DNA of 64,000 nucleotides, from positions 192,001 to 256,000 of the forward strand of contig CAWBMP010000005.1 in the NCBI GenBank assembly GCA_963790025.1. The letters are read 5' to 3'. Below, in pieces: positions 1 to 10,990 of the stretch (positions are counted from its first letter, which is position 1; the number at the start of each line of letters is the position of its first letter). The DNA is from Nitrospirota bacterium. Its GTDB lineage: Bacteria; Nitrospirota; Thermodesulfovibrionia; Thermodesulfovibrionales; Dissulfurispiraceae. The notes below the pieces were generated by a model. It ran no database searches. It saw only the letters and a program-made list of their open reading frames with translations, and was not told where the DNA came from. The position numbers and the translations under genes are program-made.

Positions 1-1
1 A

Positions 2-1066
2 AACAAATTCGGCGAGATCGACCTCAGGGGGAAGTACGATGGATACGCGCCACTCGATATCACAGGCAAGGTCAACCCACTTCGCGACGATCTGTATGTG
101 GATGTCAAGTTTGACTTCAGGGACATGGACCTCGCGCATGTCAGCCCATATTCGGCCCGTTATGCCGGGTACACAATCCAGGAGGGAAAACTTTCCTTCC
201 GGCTCGAATACCTTATTGTGAAGAACAAGCTGGACTCGAAGAACAGCATATTTATGGACCAGTTCACCTTCGGAGAGCGTGTTGAAAGCCCGCAGGCTAC
301 AAAGCTCCCGGTCAGGCTCGCTGTTGCGCTGCTGAAGGACCGCAACGGCAAAATCAATCTGGACATTCCTGTAAGCGGCAACATACATGACCCCAAATTC
401 AGCATCGGAGGCGTTATCTGGCAGGTCATAAAGAATCTCCTTGTGAAAGCCGTGACATCACCGTTCGCCTTGCTGGGTGCTATTTTCGGGGGCGATGGCG
501 AGCAGTTGAGCTATGTCGAATTTGATCCTGGTATTTCAACACTCGCTGATTCATCTCAAAAGAAGCTCGATAACGTTGTTAAGGCACTATATGAACGGCC
601 AAATCTCAAGATGGACATTGTTGGCCATGTCGATTCTGAAAAAGACCGGGAGGGGCTTAAACAATATCTTTTGATGCGTAAGGTAAAGGCACAGAAGCTC
701 AAATATCTCGCCAAAAAGGGAATGGAGGTCCCATCTCTCGATGCAGTTACAGTAACGGACAAGGAGTATCCGGATTACCTGAAACGCGCGTACAGTGAAG
801 AGAAGTTTCCCAAGCCCCGCAACTTTATAGGTATCGCCAAAAGCCTGCCTGTGCCGGAGATGCAGAAGCTCATGCTGACCAATACGAAAATAACCGAAGA
901 AGACCTGAAGGCGCTTGCTTCGCAACGTGCCATGGCTGTCAAAGATTACATTTTGAAATCGAAAAAGGTCGAGCCGGGGCGTATCTTTTTCGTGGAGCCC
1001 AAATCCCTTGAGCCGGAGAAGAAGGAGCAGGTAAAAAATAGCCGCGTGGACCTGGTGCTGAAATGA
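2..1066 (+). CDS. DUF748-domain protein with C-terminal OmpA-like region (5'-truncated by window edge)
   Basis: Frame is open from base 2; motifs LPVRLAVALLKDRNGKINLDIPVSG, KAVTSPFALLG and LSYVEFDPG...RA.AVKDY are typical of DUF748 C-termini. Confidence 0.8.
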   Translation, partial: NKFGEIDLRGKYDGYAPLDITGKVNPLRDDLYVDVKFDFRDMDLAHVSPYSARYAGYTIQEGKLSFRLEYLIVKNKLDSKNSIFMDQFTFGERVESPQATKLPVRLAVALLKDRNGKINLDIPVSGNIHDPKFSIGGVIWQVIKNLLVKAVTSPFALLGAIFGGDGEQLSYVEFDPGISTLADSSQKKLDNVVKALYERPNLKMDIVGHVDSEKDREGLKQYLLMRKVKAQKLKYLAKKGMEVPSLDAVTVTDKEYPDYLKRAYSEEKFPKPRNFIGIAKSLPVPEMQKLMLTNTKITEEDLKALASQRAMAVKDYILKSKKVEPGRIFFVEPKSLEPEKKEQVKNSRVDLVLK

Positions 1067-1192
1067 TTCCTTCACCACTCTTGTTCGCTATTCTCATGAA
1101 GATACGATGCTGTCAATAAGCATAGGTGGCTATTAATTCTTTATTAATGCCATACTAACCATAGAAAGTTCAGAGGTTTTTTAACTAGGAGA

Positions 1193-1231
1193 TGGCCACG
1201 GGGACTTTTAGCTCTGTGGCTATTTTATTTT
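1193..1231 (+). terminator. probable intrinsic terminator
   Basis: Imperfect hairpin TGGCCACGGG...CTCTGTGGCTA followed by TTTTATTTTT downstream of the DUF748 gene. Confidence 0.45.
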
Positions 1232-1321
1232 GGATTACAGTGAATTCTGATTGTAGTTAACCAGTAAGGAACTGAGTGTCCCCTGTGCCAAGCAGGGACA
1301 CTCTCCTTCAAGGAAGGGGAC

Positions 1322-1696
1322 ATGAGCAGAAGTGAAAAGGATGACGAACAGATGGAAAGAAGGCAGAGAAAGAGTTATGCAAGTCTTCTGTCTGAACGCT
1401 ATCCGGACATTTCTTCCATTGTTGTTTCCATGGATTATTATCAGCGGAATACCGGGCTGGTTCTAATAAAGCGCACTGTCAACTTCTTCCCCAGCAGTGC
1501 CGCCTACTTTCTCATGGAATGCGTGAGACACGATTGCACTGACGGCGGTTATAATCTTGAGCCTGTTATTGCGAATATGGCGCGGGACCACATCGAATCA
1601 GGGGATGGAGAACTGGTCTGTACCGGGGACAATCTCTTAAATCCCTCAGGCCATGCCCGGATCAATTACACGATTGCTATTCACTATAGCAATTAA
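1322..1696 (+). CDS. hypothetical protein with three Cys (CxxxxC...C)
   Basis: 124-aa ORF; purine-rich RBS AGGAAGGGG immediately upstream of ATG. Confidence 0.7.
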   Translation: MSRSEKDDEQMERRQRKSYASLLSERYPDISSIVVSMDYYQRNTGLVLIKRTVNFFPSSAAYFLMECVRHDCTDGGYNLEPVIANMARDHIESGDGELVCTGDNLLNPSGHARINYTIAIHYSN

Positions 1697-1825
1697 CAGC
1701 CCCGGGGGATAACACGGCATATTAGCTGTTTGTATTTGCAGGACCATCTTGCATACGGAGTACTGGCGACCTGGCGGTGTGATCGCGGGGAAAAGCCGAG
1801 GGTCAACGAAACAAGGAGGAGCGCA

Positions 1826-1939
1826 ATGGGAGACAAAGGCGGCAAGAAGGATAAGGAAAAGGGGCAGAAACAGAACGCCGAAAAACATAAGAAAGAGTCA
1901 CAAAGAAAGCTGGACAAACAACCGGAAAAGAAATCTTGA
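1826..1939 (+). CDS. small lysine-rich protein (37 aa, MGDKGGKKDKEKGQKQ...)
   Basis: Strong RBS AAGGAGGAG about 5 nt before ATG 1826. Confidence 0.65.
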   Translation: MGDKGGKKDKEKGQKQNAEKHKKESQRKLDKQPEKKS

Positions 1940-1952
1940 CGGAACTACCTAC

Positions 1953-2180
1953 ATGAAAAAAACAAATCCCAAACATGAGATTTTCGCAAAGCTGCAAGAA
2001 ATTGTGAGTTCAAAAGAAGGCCTTTGGTGGAAGATGAGGGATCTTGCCAAAACTCACGACTACCTTATCATTTCCGACGACTACGGGAAGATTCTCAAGA
2101 AACTTGACTTGCTGGAAGCGGACTTGGGACCGACACAAGAGATTGCAGCACTGCGGTCAGCAATCGCAGGGCAAGCTTAG
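1953..2180 (+). CDS. hypothetical protein (75 aa)
   Basis: ATG 13 nt after the previous stop; protein-like helical composition; weak RBS. Confidence 0.45.
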   Translation: MKKTNPKHEIFAKLQEIVSSKEGLWWKMRDLAKTHDYLIISDDYGKILKKLDLLEADLGPTQEIAALRSAIAGQA

Positions 2181-2224
2181 ACTCAGTTACATTAGAAGGG
2201 CATTGCTTATGCCGGAGTGTAAGC

Positions 2225-5200
2225 ATGCCCTATCAAAGTGAGGAGTCTCCGAGTAATAAAAGACTATTTGTTTTCAGAAAGAAGGAGACCTCAAACTTGA
2301 AGATGCCCAACAAGACCATACTCGGAAGCCTGCCGTATTTGCGCGCAAGCCTCCGCGAAACAGACCTGGCACAAAAGTGCGCCGTCTGCGAGCCTCCGCT
2401 GCGGTCAGAATTATTCAGCAGCGATCAGATGGAGCAGCATGGCAAGACCCTCGCCGGCCTGCACAAATTGAGCCCGGGATATCCTCCTGATCAGCTCCTG
2501 ACACGCCTGGCCGACAATGAAGGCATACTGACCGGAACCCGTCGCCTGCTGATGGAGGCGGTCACAACTGATCGCCGGATTACGCCCGCAGGCGACTGGT
2601 TGCTCGATAACTTTTATCTGATCGAAGAACAGATACGCATGGCCAGGAGACATCTGCCGAAGGGGTACAGCCGGGAGCTTCCCCGGTTGAAGGGCGGCCT
2701 TTCGGCCGGACTTCCGCGCGTGTACGATATAGCTCTGGAGACGATCTCACACAGCGATGGCAGGATAGATCCGGGAAGTCTCAGCAGGTTTGTTGCAGCC
2801 TACCAGACAGTCACCGTCCTGAAGTTGGGAGAATTGTGGGCCATCCCTATTATGCTGCGGCTCGCGTTGATCGAGAATCTCCGACGCGTTGGGGCACGGA
2901 TCGCTGCCGACAGGCTCGACCGGAACCAGGCTGATTATTGGGCGGACCGGATTAGCGAGATCGCCGGGAAGGACCCTAAGAGCCTGATATTGGTCATCGC
3001 GGACATGGCGCGGTCAGAGCCGCTGCTGAAGAGCGCGTTCGTTGCGGAATTCGCCCGCCGGCTTCAGGGCCAGGGCCCTGCCCTGGCAATGCCGCTCACC
3101 TGGATTGAACAGCGACTCTCCGAAAGCAGTCTGACGATTGACCATTTGGTCCAGTCGGAGAACCAACAACAAGCAGCTGATCAGGTCTCGATGAGCAACA
3201 GCATCGGCAGCCTTCGTTTCCTTGGCACGATGGACTGGCGGGAGTTTGTCGAGACGATGAGCGAGGTAGAACAGACTCTGCGTGAAGACTCCGGCGGTAC
3301 GTACGCCGCAATGGACTTCTCTACTCGTGATCGTTACCGCCACGTGGTGGAGAAAATAGCGAAGAGTGGCCGGCTCTCGGAAGGCGAAGTGGCAGCCGCT
3401 GCGGTCAGGCTTGCTCAAGGGAACATGGCCGATAAGAACGGCACTCGCGGCAGAGATGATCGCGATACCCACGTGGGATATTATCTGATCGACAAGGGAT
3501 TGCCGCAGCTTGAAGAGCTGGCGAATGTGCGCTCGTCTGTCTCCGGCTTCCTTCGGAAAGTTAGTTCCAGGTTCCCTTTGCCCCTCTATCTGGGCGCCAT
3601 CATGCTCATGACGGTTATTGTCACCGGGGGGTTACTGACAAAGGCGCATAGTGACGGCTTACACAATTCTCTGATCGTTATAACCGGTATCCTCTCATTG
3701 CTGTGTACAAGTCAGCTGGCGGTTGCAGTGGTGAACTGGCTTGCGACCTTGCTGACAATTCCTCAGCAACTCCCGCGAATGGATTTTTCAAAAGGGATTC
3801 CACCTGAATCGCGGACTCTCACAATTGTCCCGACCATGCTCACAAGCGCCGAAGGTATAGAGGACCTGATAGAAGCGCTGGAAGTCAGGTTCCTGGCAAA
3901 TCGCGACGAAAACCTGCACTTCGGTCTTCTGACTGATTTTCAGGATGCGGCAGAGGAAACACTGCCGGAAGATGTCCCGCTATTACTGCTGCTCCGGCAG
4001 AGAATTGAAGCCCTCAATGAAAAGTACGAGAATGCAAAAGGAGATACCTTCTTTCTTTTTCACCGTCCGCGCCGATGGAACGCCCGGGAGCGGGTTTGGA
4101 TGGGCTACGAGCGCAAGCGCGGTAAGCTGTCGGCCTTGAATGCCCTGTTGCGCCCCACGGAAAATGGTGGGACACATGATCTATCGGATAATCGTTTTTC
4201 GCTCGTCGTCGGCAATACTGCGGTGTTGTTAAACGTAAAATACGTGATCACCATTGACACAGACACTCAACTTCCTCGCGATTCGGCGCGGCAGCTTGTA
4301 GGCGCCATGGCGCACCCGCTGAATCGTGCGCACTACGACGAAGGCGAACAGCGCGTTGTTGCGGGGTACGGCATCCTTCAGCCGCGAGTAGCGGTGAGTC
4401 TGCCAGGCACAAACCGCTCACGATATGCACGCATGTACGGAAGTGATCCCGGCATTGACCCATACACACGTGCTGTTTCGGACGTCTACCAGGACATCTT
4501 CCTGGAAGGTTCCTTTATCGGCAAGGGGATCTATGATGTAGACGCATTCGAACGGGCGCTGGGCGGACGTTTACCCGAGAACCGGATTCTCAGCCATGAT
4601 CTTATCGAGGGCTGTTACGCACGCTCCGGGCTGTTGAGTGATGTAATGGTTTACGAGGAGTATCCGTGCCGCTACAGCGCGGACGTTAGCCGCAGGCACA
4701 GGTGGATTCGCGGGGACTGGCAGCTTGTGCGCTGGCTGCTGCCGTTTATCCCTGGTCACGGGCCCGGCCCCGACGGACAGCGCCGGAAGAATCCTCTCTC
4801 CCCGCTGTCCCGATGGAAGCTTTTCGACAACCTTCGGCGCAGTCTCGTCCCTTCTGCATTGACACTTCTATTGCTGTTGGGTTGGACGGTCTTGTCGTCG
4901 CCATGGTTCTGGACCTTGTCGGTGATCGGGATCATTTTTATTCCTTTTTTGATATCCTCTGTCCTGGACCTGCTTAAAAAACCGGATGGTGTGCTATTCG
5001 GGCAGCATCTCACAGCCGTGGGGCATTCCACGGTCCGTCGTTTTGTTCAGGTTGTGTTTACGCTTGCTTGTCTTCCGTACGAGGCATTTTTCAGTTTGGA
5101 TGCTATTGAGCGTACGGCCTGGAGAATGCTTATCACGCACAAGCGCCTTCTCGAATGGAATCCGTCAGGCGGTCCGGACCGAAATTATTCCCGTATGGGT

Positions 5201-8200
5201 GGTCTCGCCGGCGTTTGCCGGACAATGTGGTCCGCTCCCTTTCTTGCCGTCTCAGCAATAGTTTATCTGGCACTTTCTAACCCCGCTGCCCTGACAGCGG
5301 CTGCGCCCATACTGCTTTTCTGGTTTGCATCACCCTTTATTGCGTGGCGTGTCAGCCTGCCGCTTGCCCGCAGTGAAGCAAGACTGAGACCCGACCAGAT
5401 CGTTTTTCTACAAAAGCTTTCCCGAAAGACCTGGGCCTTCTTCGAGACCTTGGTAGGCCCCGAAGAGCATTGGCTGCCGCCGGATAACTATCAGGAGCAC
5501 CCTGCCGCTGTTGTTGCTCACCGCACGTCTCCGACTAACATGGGACTTGCGCTTCTGGCGAATTTATCCGCCCATGACTTTGGCTACATTTCTATGCTGC
5601 AACTCGTCGAACGCACGACGAATGCACTCTCCACGATGGAAGCGCTGGAGCGCTACCGGGGCCACTTTTACAACTGGTACGACACGCGGTCTCTGAAGCC
5701 GCTGCCGCCCAAATACGTTTCGACCGTGGACAGCGGGAACCTTGCAGCCCATCTGCTTACATTGCGACAGGGCCTGCTCACGCTTCCCGACCAGGCGCTA
5801 CTGGGCCCGCGAGTGTTTATCGGGCTCCGCGACACACTATGGGTACTCCTAGACAGCGCGGCCGGAACACGGTATGAAGGAGACATCACTGCATCGTTCG
5901 CTCAACTGCAGAACGAGCTTGAATCCGCGTGCAATGTCCAACCAACTGCGCTCCCGGCTGTGAGGCTCCATCTTGATCAACTCGCAAAGCTCGCAGAAGA
6001 GGCGCTTTCCGGGATCGATAGTTTGGGTGTCGGTCCGGAGAATCTGCCGGAGAATCTGATAGTCTGGTGGGCACGCGCGCTTGCCGGTCAATGCCGGGCC
6101 GCACTCGATGAACTGACGCTGCTCGCCGCTTCCACGGTCCGCGACATTGATGAGATGCCGACCTTGCGAGAACTGGCAAACACTGGAAGCGATGTCGCCG
6201 CTGAGAGGATTACGGCTATTGAAAAGCTCGTTTTGCAATCCGGTGAACTCAGCCGCATGCAGTATGACTTCCTGTTCGACAGGGCGAGTCATTTGCTATC
6301 CATCGGGTACAACGTCGACGGCCGCAGGCTGGACACGAGTTACTATGACCTGCTGGCTTCGGAAGCGAGACTCTGCAGTTTCGTAGCAATCGCCCAGGGA
6401 CAATTGCCGCAGGAGAGCTGGTTTGCCCTTGGGCGCTTGCTTACTAACGTCGGTGGAGAGCCGATCCTCGTTTCCTGGAGCGGTTCTATGTTCGAATACC
6501 TCATGCCGCTCCTGGTAATGCCGACGTATGAACGTACGCTGCTCGACGAGACCTGCAGGGCTTCTGTGGCCAGGCAGATCGAATATGGGAGAAAACGCGG
6601 TGTACCCTGGGGCATTTCGGAATCCGGCTACAACACGATCGATGCTCAGCTCAACTACCAGTACCGCGCCTTCGGCGTACCCGGCCTGGGACTTAAACGC
6701 GGGCTCGCGGACGATCTGGTAATTGCGCCCTATGCCTCGGCTCTTGCCCTGATGGTAATGCCCGAGGAGGCGTGCGTCAATCTGCAGCGGCTCGCTGAGG
6801 AAGGATATGAGGGAAAATTCGGCTTCTATGAAGCGATCGATTACACTCCCTCGCGTTTGCCGCTCAGGCAATCGAGTGCCGTGGTCCGGTCATTTATGGC
6901 CCATCATGTGGGCATGAGCTTTCTTTCCCTGACCTATCTGCTTTTGGACCGTCCCATGCAGAAACGATTCGAGTCGGATCCCTTGTTTCAGGCAACCACG
7001 CTTTTGCTCCAGGAGCGTGTGCCAAGTGCCACGGGATTCTATTCGCAGACCGCCGACCTCTCCGAATCACATGCGGTTCCAACTGGCGCCAAGACCTCCG
7101 TGCGCTCTTTCAGCAGCCCGGACACGCCCTTTCCCCAGGTGCATTTGCTGTCGAACGGCAGATACCACGTGATGATCACGAACGCCGGCGGCGGGTACAG
7201 CCGATGGAAGGACATCGCGGTCACACGCTGGCGTGAAGACAGTACCCGCGACAACTGGGGCGCGTTTTGTTATATCCGTGAGGTAGCAAGCGGGGAGTTC
7301 TGGTCAGCCGCATTTCAGCCTACTCTTAAACACTCTAAGAATTATGAGGCGATTTTTTCGGAAGGCCGCGCCGAGTTTCGCCGCCGGGACCACGACTTTG
7401 ACACGCACACCGAGATCGCTGTTTCTCCCGAGGATGATATTGAGCTGCGTCGGATTAAGATCACCAACCGCGGCCGGACCCGCAGAGAGATCGAAATCAC
7501 AAGTTACGCGGAGGTTGTCCTTGCTTCGCCTGCTGCAGACATTCTTCATCCTGCGTTCAGCAATCTTTTCGTTCGGACGGAGATCATCGATCACAGGAAA
7601 GCGATCCTCTGCACCCGCCGCCCCCGGTCACTCGACGAGCACTCCCCATGGATGTTTAATCTGATGGCTGTCCACGGCGCGGAAACCGGCGAAGTTTCTT
7701 ATGAGACCGACCGCTTGCGGTTTATCGGCCGCGGAAACACCGTTGCCGACCCACAAGCGATGACCGGGTCTGCTGCACTCTCGGGCGCTGAGGGTTCAAT
7801 GCTCGATCCGATCGTTGCTATACGGTATCGCGTGACCCTTGATCCGGAAGAATCGGCAACAATAAACGTTGTCACCGGCATCGGTGAAAGCCGCGACATC
7901 TGTATGGGTCTTGTAGAGAAATACCAGGACCGGTATCTCTCAGACCGCGTTTTCGAACTCGCATGGACGCACAGCCAGGTGCTCCTGCGGCAGATCAACG
8001 CCACGGAAGCCGATGCGCAACTCTATGGACGTCTCGCCTGCGCAGTAATCTACGCCAATTCTTCGCTGCGCGCCGACCCGGGCGTCATCATCAGAAACCG
8101 CCGCGGGCAATCGGGTCTTTGGGGTTACTCCATTTCCGGTGACCTCCCTATAGTGCTGTTGCAGATCGCAGATCCGGCCAACATAGGCCTGGTAGGCCAG

Positions 8201-10990
8201 CTCGTACAGGCCCACGCATACTGGCGCCTCAAGGGACTGGTGGTGGACCTTGTGATCTGGAACGAAGATCACGCCGGTTACCGGCAGCTTTTGCAAGATC
8301 AGATCATGGGACTAATTGCCGCAGGCGTCGAAGCGACCGTGACAGAACGACCGGGCGGCATCTTTGTGAGACCTGCAGACCAGATATCGGGTGAGGACCG
8401 TATCCTGTTCCAAACGGTCAGTCGCGCTGTCATTACCGACAGCCTTGGCCCGCTTGATGACCAGATCGACCGTCGCAGCATTGCGCCGTTGATAGTGCCG
8501 CGACTTGTGCCGACCCGGAGCCGCCGCGCGGAAATATCGACTGGATCGGCAATGCCTCGCACCGATCTTCTGTTCTTTAACGGCCATGGAGGATTCACCC
8601 CCGATGGCCGCGAGTATATAATAACTACGGCGCACGGACAGGTGACACCGGCGCCGTGGGTAAATGTGATTGCCAACCCATACTTCGGGACAGTGATTTC
8701 CGAAAGCGGAGGTGCTTACACCTGGAGCGAGAATGCCCATGAGTTCCGTCTCACCCCTTGGCAAAACGACCCGGTAAGCGATTCCGGCGGAGAAGCTTTT
8801 TACCTTCGAGATGAAGAGAGCGGTCTTTTCTGGTCCCCTTCGCCGCTGCCGTGCCGGGGGGCGGCGCATTACGTCACCCGCCACGGATTCGGCTATAGTG
8901 TCTTCGAACATACTGAGGACGGGATCAGGTCAGAGATGTGGGTCTACGTGGCAATGGATGCACCGGTCAAGTTAACGGTATTGAAGGTGAGAAACGAATC
9001 GGGCCGGTCCCACCGACTCTCAGCCACCGGGTACGTGGAATGGGTGCTTGGAGATTTGCGGACGAATACAGCGATGCATGTGAGCACCGAAATTGACCCC
9101 AAGACCGGAGCTCTTTTCGGGCGAAACCCATACAACACGGAGTTCGCCGACCGGACCGCGTTCTTCGACGTGGATGACGGGACCCGGACCGTGAGCGGCG
9201 ACCGGACAGACTTCCTTGGACGTAACGGCACACTTCGGAGCCCGGAGGCGATGACCCGCACGCGGCTTTCAGGCAGGGTGGGGGCTGCCTTGGACCCCTG
9301 TGCCGCTATACAGGTTCCCTTCGATTTGGCCGATGGGCAAGAGCGTGAGATTGTTTTTAGGCTTGGCGTAGGGAGAGACTCATCTGACACCGGCCAACTG
9401 GTACGCCGCTTCCGGGGGTCTGCAGTGGCGCGCGATGTTCTCGAAACAGTATGGCAGTACTGGAACCACACCCTCGGCGCAGTGCAGGTGGAAACACCGG
9501 ACCAGTCCGTCAATGTGCTGGCCAATGGCTGGCTTTTATACCAAACTCTGGCATGTCGTCTTTGGGCCCGGAACGGATACTACCAGCCCGGCGGAGCCTT
9601 CGGCTTCCGCGACCAGTTGCAGGACGTGATGGCGCTTATACACTCTGAACCGCGGCTTGTGCGCGAACACCTGCTCCTCTGCGCGGCCCATCAGTTCACA
9701 GAGGGAGATGTCCAGCATTGGTGGCATCCCCCATCAGGGCGCGGCGTGCGTACACATTGTTCGGACGACTTTCTCTGGTTGCCGCTGGCTGCGTGCCGCT
9801 ACGTTCTGAATACCGGAGACACGGGCGTGTTGGATGAAACTGTCCGCTTCATCACGGGTCGCCCGGTAAACATGGACGAGGACTCGTATTACGATCTTCC
9901 CCACTCGTCCGAAGAAACAGCAAGTTTGTACGATCACTGTGTGCGGGCCATTCTAAGAGGCCTCACCCGTGGCGAACACGGTTTGCCGCTCATCGGCTCG
10001 GGTGATTGGAACGACGGAATGAACATGGTGGGCGAACACGGTAAGGGTGAAAGCGTCTGGCTGGGCTTCTTCCTCCATAAAGTGCTTGTAGAATTCTGTG
10101 AGGTTGCGCGTCTGCACGGCGATCTGTCCTTCGTCAAACGTTGTCTGGAGGAAGCCGCTCAACTGCGCAGGAATATCGAAGAAAATGGCTGGGATGGCGA
10201 GTGGTATCTGCGCGCTTTCTTTGACGACGGTTCTTCACTGGGTTCGGCAAGCAATCCCGAATGTCGGCTTGATTCCATAGCGCAAAGTTGGTCTGTTCTC
10301 TCAGGCGCCGGGGATGCCGGACGCTCAACAATGGCAATGGAAGCTGTGGACAGGCTTCTCGTTCGAAGGGAACATGGCCTGGTCCAACTCCTGGACCCGC
10401 CGTTCGACAAATCGGACCTGAATCCCGGCTATATAAAGGGATACGTCCCTGGTGTAAGGGAGAATGGAGGGCAATACACGCACGCGGCGGTTTGGGCGGC
10501 GATGGCATTCGCTGCGTTAGGCGATTGCAGTCGCGCGTGGGAACTGCTGGCAATGATCAACCCTGTAAACCATGCGAGATCTCAGGGGGAAATCACAAAG
10601 TACAAAGTAGAACCGTATGTTGTCGCTGCCGATGTATATGCGGTCTCTCCGCATACCGGACGCGGTGGATGGACATGGTACACGGGATCGGCAGGCTGGA
10701 TGTACACGCTTATCCTTGAATCACTTCTCGGATTGAGGCTTGAAGGAGACAAACTGTGTTTCGCGCCGTGTCTGCCCGGGGATTGGGAGTCGTTCAAGGT
10801 ACATTACCGGTACAGGGAAACTGTCTACCACATCACCGTACGCAAATCTTGCGACGGCAGCGTGGCGAGTGTCACCGTTGATGGCGTTGAGCAACGTGCT
10901 AATGCTATTCCACTTCTTGACGACCATGCGGAGCATTCGGTCGAGGTGAGAATACCCGCCCTGGGGCAAAGAGGAGAGAATGAAACTTAA
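2225..10990 (+). CDS. ndvB: cyclic beta-1,2-glucan synthase (GT84 synthase, TM segments, C-terminal GH94 phosphorylase); true start may be 2297-2303
   Basis: About 2.9k aa; WLLDNFYLIEEQI, WMGYERKRGKL, ILSHDLIEG, RRHRWIRGDWQ, TSPTNMGL, GAFGFRDQLQD, GDWNDGMN, GRGGWTWYTGSAGW; RBS AAGGAG at 2282. Confidence 0.93.
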   Translation: MPYQSEESPSNKRLFVFRKKETSNLKMPNKTILGSLPYLRASLRETDLAQKCAVCEPPLRSELFSSDQMEQHGKTLAGLHKLSPGYPPDQLLTRLADNEGILTGTRRLLMEAVTTDRRITPAGDWLLDNFYLIEEQIRMARRHLPKGYSRELPRLKGGLSAGLPRVYDIALETISHSDGRIDPGSLSRFVAAYQTVTVLKLGELWAIPIMLRLALIENLRRVGARIAADRLDRNQADYWADRISEIAGKDPKSLILVIADMARSEPLLKSAFVAEFARRLQGQGPALAMPLTWIEQRLSESSLTIDHLVQSENQQQAADQVSMSNSIGSLRFLGTMDWREFVETMSEVEQTLREDSGGTYAAMDFSTRDRYRHVVEKIAKSGRLSEGEVAAAAVRLAQGNMADKNGTRGRDDRDTHVGYYLIDKGLPQLEELANVRSSVSGFLRKVSSRFPLPLYLGAIMLMTVIVTGGLLTKAHSDGLHNSLIVITGILSLLCTSQLAVAVVNWLATLLTIPQQLPRMDFSKGIPPESRTLTIVPTMLTSAEGIEDLIEALEVRFLANRDENLHFGLLTDFQDAAEETLPEDVPLLLLLRQRIEALNEKYENAKGDTFFLFHRPRRWNARERVWMGYERKRGKLSALNALLRPTENGGTHDLSDNRFSLVVGNTAVLLNVKYVITIDTDTQLPRDSARQLVGAMAHPLNRAHYDEGEQRVVAGYGILQPRVAVSLPGTNRSRYARMYGSDPGIDPYTRAVSDVYQDIFLEGSFIGKGIYDVDAFERALGGRLPENRILSHDLIEGCYARSGLLSDVMVYEEYPCRYSADVSRRHRWIRGDWQLVRWLLPFIPGHGPGPDGQRRKNPLSPLSRWKLFDNLRRSLVPSALTLLLLLGWTVLSSPWFWTLSVIGIIFIPFLISSVLDLLKKPDGVLFGQHLTAVGHSTVRRFVQVVFTLACLPYEAFFSLDAIERTAWRMLITHKRLLEWNPSGGPDRNYSRMGGLAGVCRTMWSAPFLAVSAIVYLALSNPAALTAAAPILLFWFASPFIAWRVSLPLARSEARLRPDQIVFLQKLSRKTWAFFETLVGPEEHWLPPDNYQEHPAAVVAHRTSPTNMGLALLANLSAHDFGYISMLQLVERTTNALSTMEALERYRGHFYNWYDTRSLKPLPPKYVSTVDSGNLAAHLLTLRQGLLTLPDQALLGPRVFIGLRDTLWVLLDSAAGTRYEGDITASFAQLQNELESACNVQPTALPAVRLHLDQLAKLAEEALSGIDSLGVGPENLPENLIVWWARALAGQCRAALDELTLLAASTVRDIDEMPTLRELANTGSDVAAERITAIEKLVLQSGELSRMQYDFLFDRASHLLSIGYNVDGRRLDTSYYDLLASEARLCSFVAIAQGQLPQESWFALGRLLTNVGGEPILVSWSGSMFEYLMPLLVMPTYERTLLDETCRASVARQIEYGRKRGVPWGISESGYNTIDAQLNYQYRAFGVPGLGLKRGLADDLVIAPYASALALMVMPEEACVNLQRLAEEGYEGKFGFYEAIDYTPSRLPLRQSSAVVRSFMAHHVGMSFLSLTYLLLDRPMQKRFESDPLFQATTLLLQERVPSATGFYSQTADLSESHAVPTGAKTSVRSFSSPDTPFPQVHLLSNGRYHVMITNAGGGYSRWKDIAVTRWREDSTRDNWGAFCYIREVASGEFWSAAFQPTLKHSKNYEAIFSEGRAEFRRRDHDFDTHTEIAVSPEDDIELRRIKITNRGRTRREIEITSYAEVVLASPAADILHPAFSNLFVRTEIIDHRKAILCTRRPRSLDEHSPWMFNLMAVHGAETGEVSYETDRLRFIGRGNTVADPQAMTGSAALSGAEGSMLDPIVAIRYRVTLDPEESATINVVTGIGESRDICMGLVEKYQDRYLSDRVFELAWTHSQVLLRQINATEADAQLYGRLACAVIYANSSLRADPGVIIRNRRGQSGLWGYSISGDLPIVLLQIADPANIGLVGQLVQAHAYWRLKGLVVDLVIWNEDHAGYRQLLQDQIMGLIAAGVEATVTERPGGIFVRPADQISGEDRILFQTVSRAVITDSLGPLDDQIDRRSIAPLIVPRLVPTRSRRAEISTGSAMPRTDLLFFNGHGGFTPDGREYIITTAHGQVTPAPWVNVIANPYFGTVISESGGAYTWSENAHEFRLTPWQNDPVSDSGGEAFYLRDEESGLFWSPSPLPCRGAAHYVTRHGFGYSVFEHTEDGIRSEMWVYVAMDAPVKLTVLKVRNESGRSHRLSATGYVEWVLGDLRTNTAMHVSTEIDPKTGALFGRNPYNTEFADRTAFFDVDDGTRTVSGDRTDFLGRNGTLRSPEAMTRTRLSGRVGAALDPCAAIQVPFDLADGQEREIVFRLGVGRDSSDTGQLVRRFRGSAVARDVLETVWQYWNHTLGAVQVETPDQSVNVLANGWLLYQTLACRLWARNGYYQPGGAFGFRDQLQDVMALIHSEPRLVREHLLLCAAHQFTEGDVQHWWHPPSGRGVRTHCSDDFLWLPLAACRYVLNTGDTGVLDETVRFITGRPVNMDEDSYYDLPHSSEETASLYDHCVRAILRGLTRGEHGLPLIGSGDWNDGMNMVGEHGKGESVWLGFFLHKVLVEFCEVARLHGDLSFVKRCLEEAAQLRRNIEENGWDGEWYLRAFFDDGSSLGSASNPECRLDSIAQSWSVLSGAGDAGRSTMAMEAVDRLLVRREHGLVQLLDPPFDKSDLNPGYIKGYVPGVRENGGQYTHAAVWAAMAFAALGDCSRAWELLAMINPVNHARSQGEITKYKVEPYVVAADVYAVSPHTGRGGWTWYTGSAGWMYTLILESLLGLRLEGDKLCFAPCLPGDWESFKVHYRYRETVYHITVRKSCDGSVASVTVDGVEQRANAIPLLDDHAEHSVEVRIPALGQRGENET

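Noticed and set aside
2411..10969. Many short overlapping or antisense ORFs within the glucan synthase gene (likewise within nuo and PPP genes)
   Set aside because: Shadow frames of GC-rich coding DNA with no recognisable motifs
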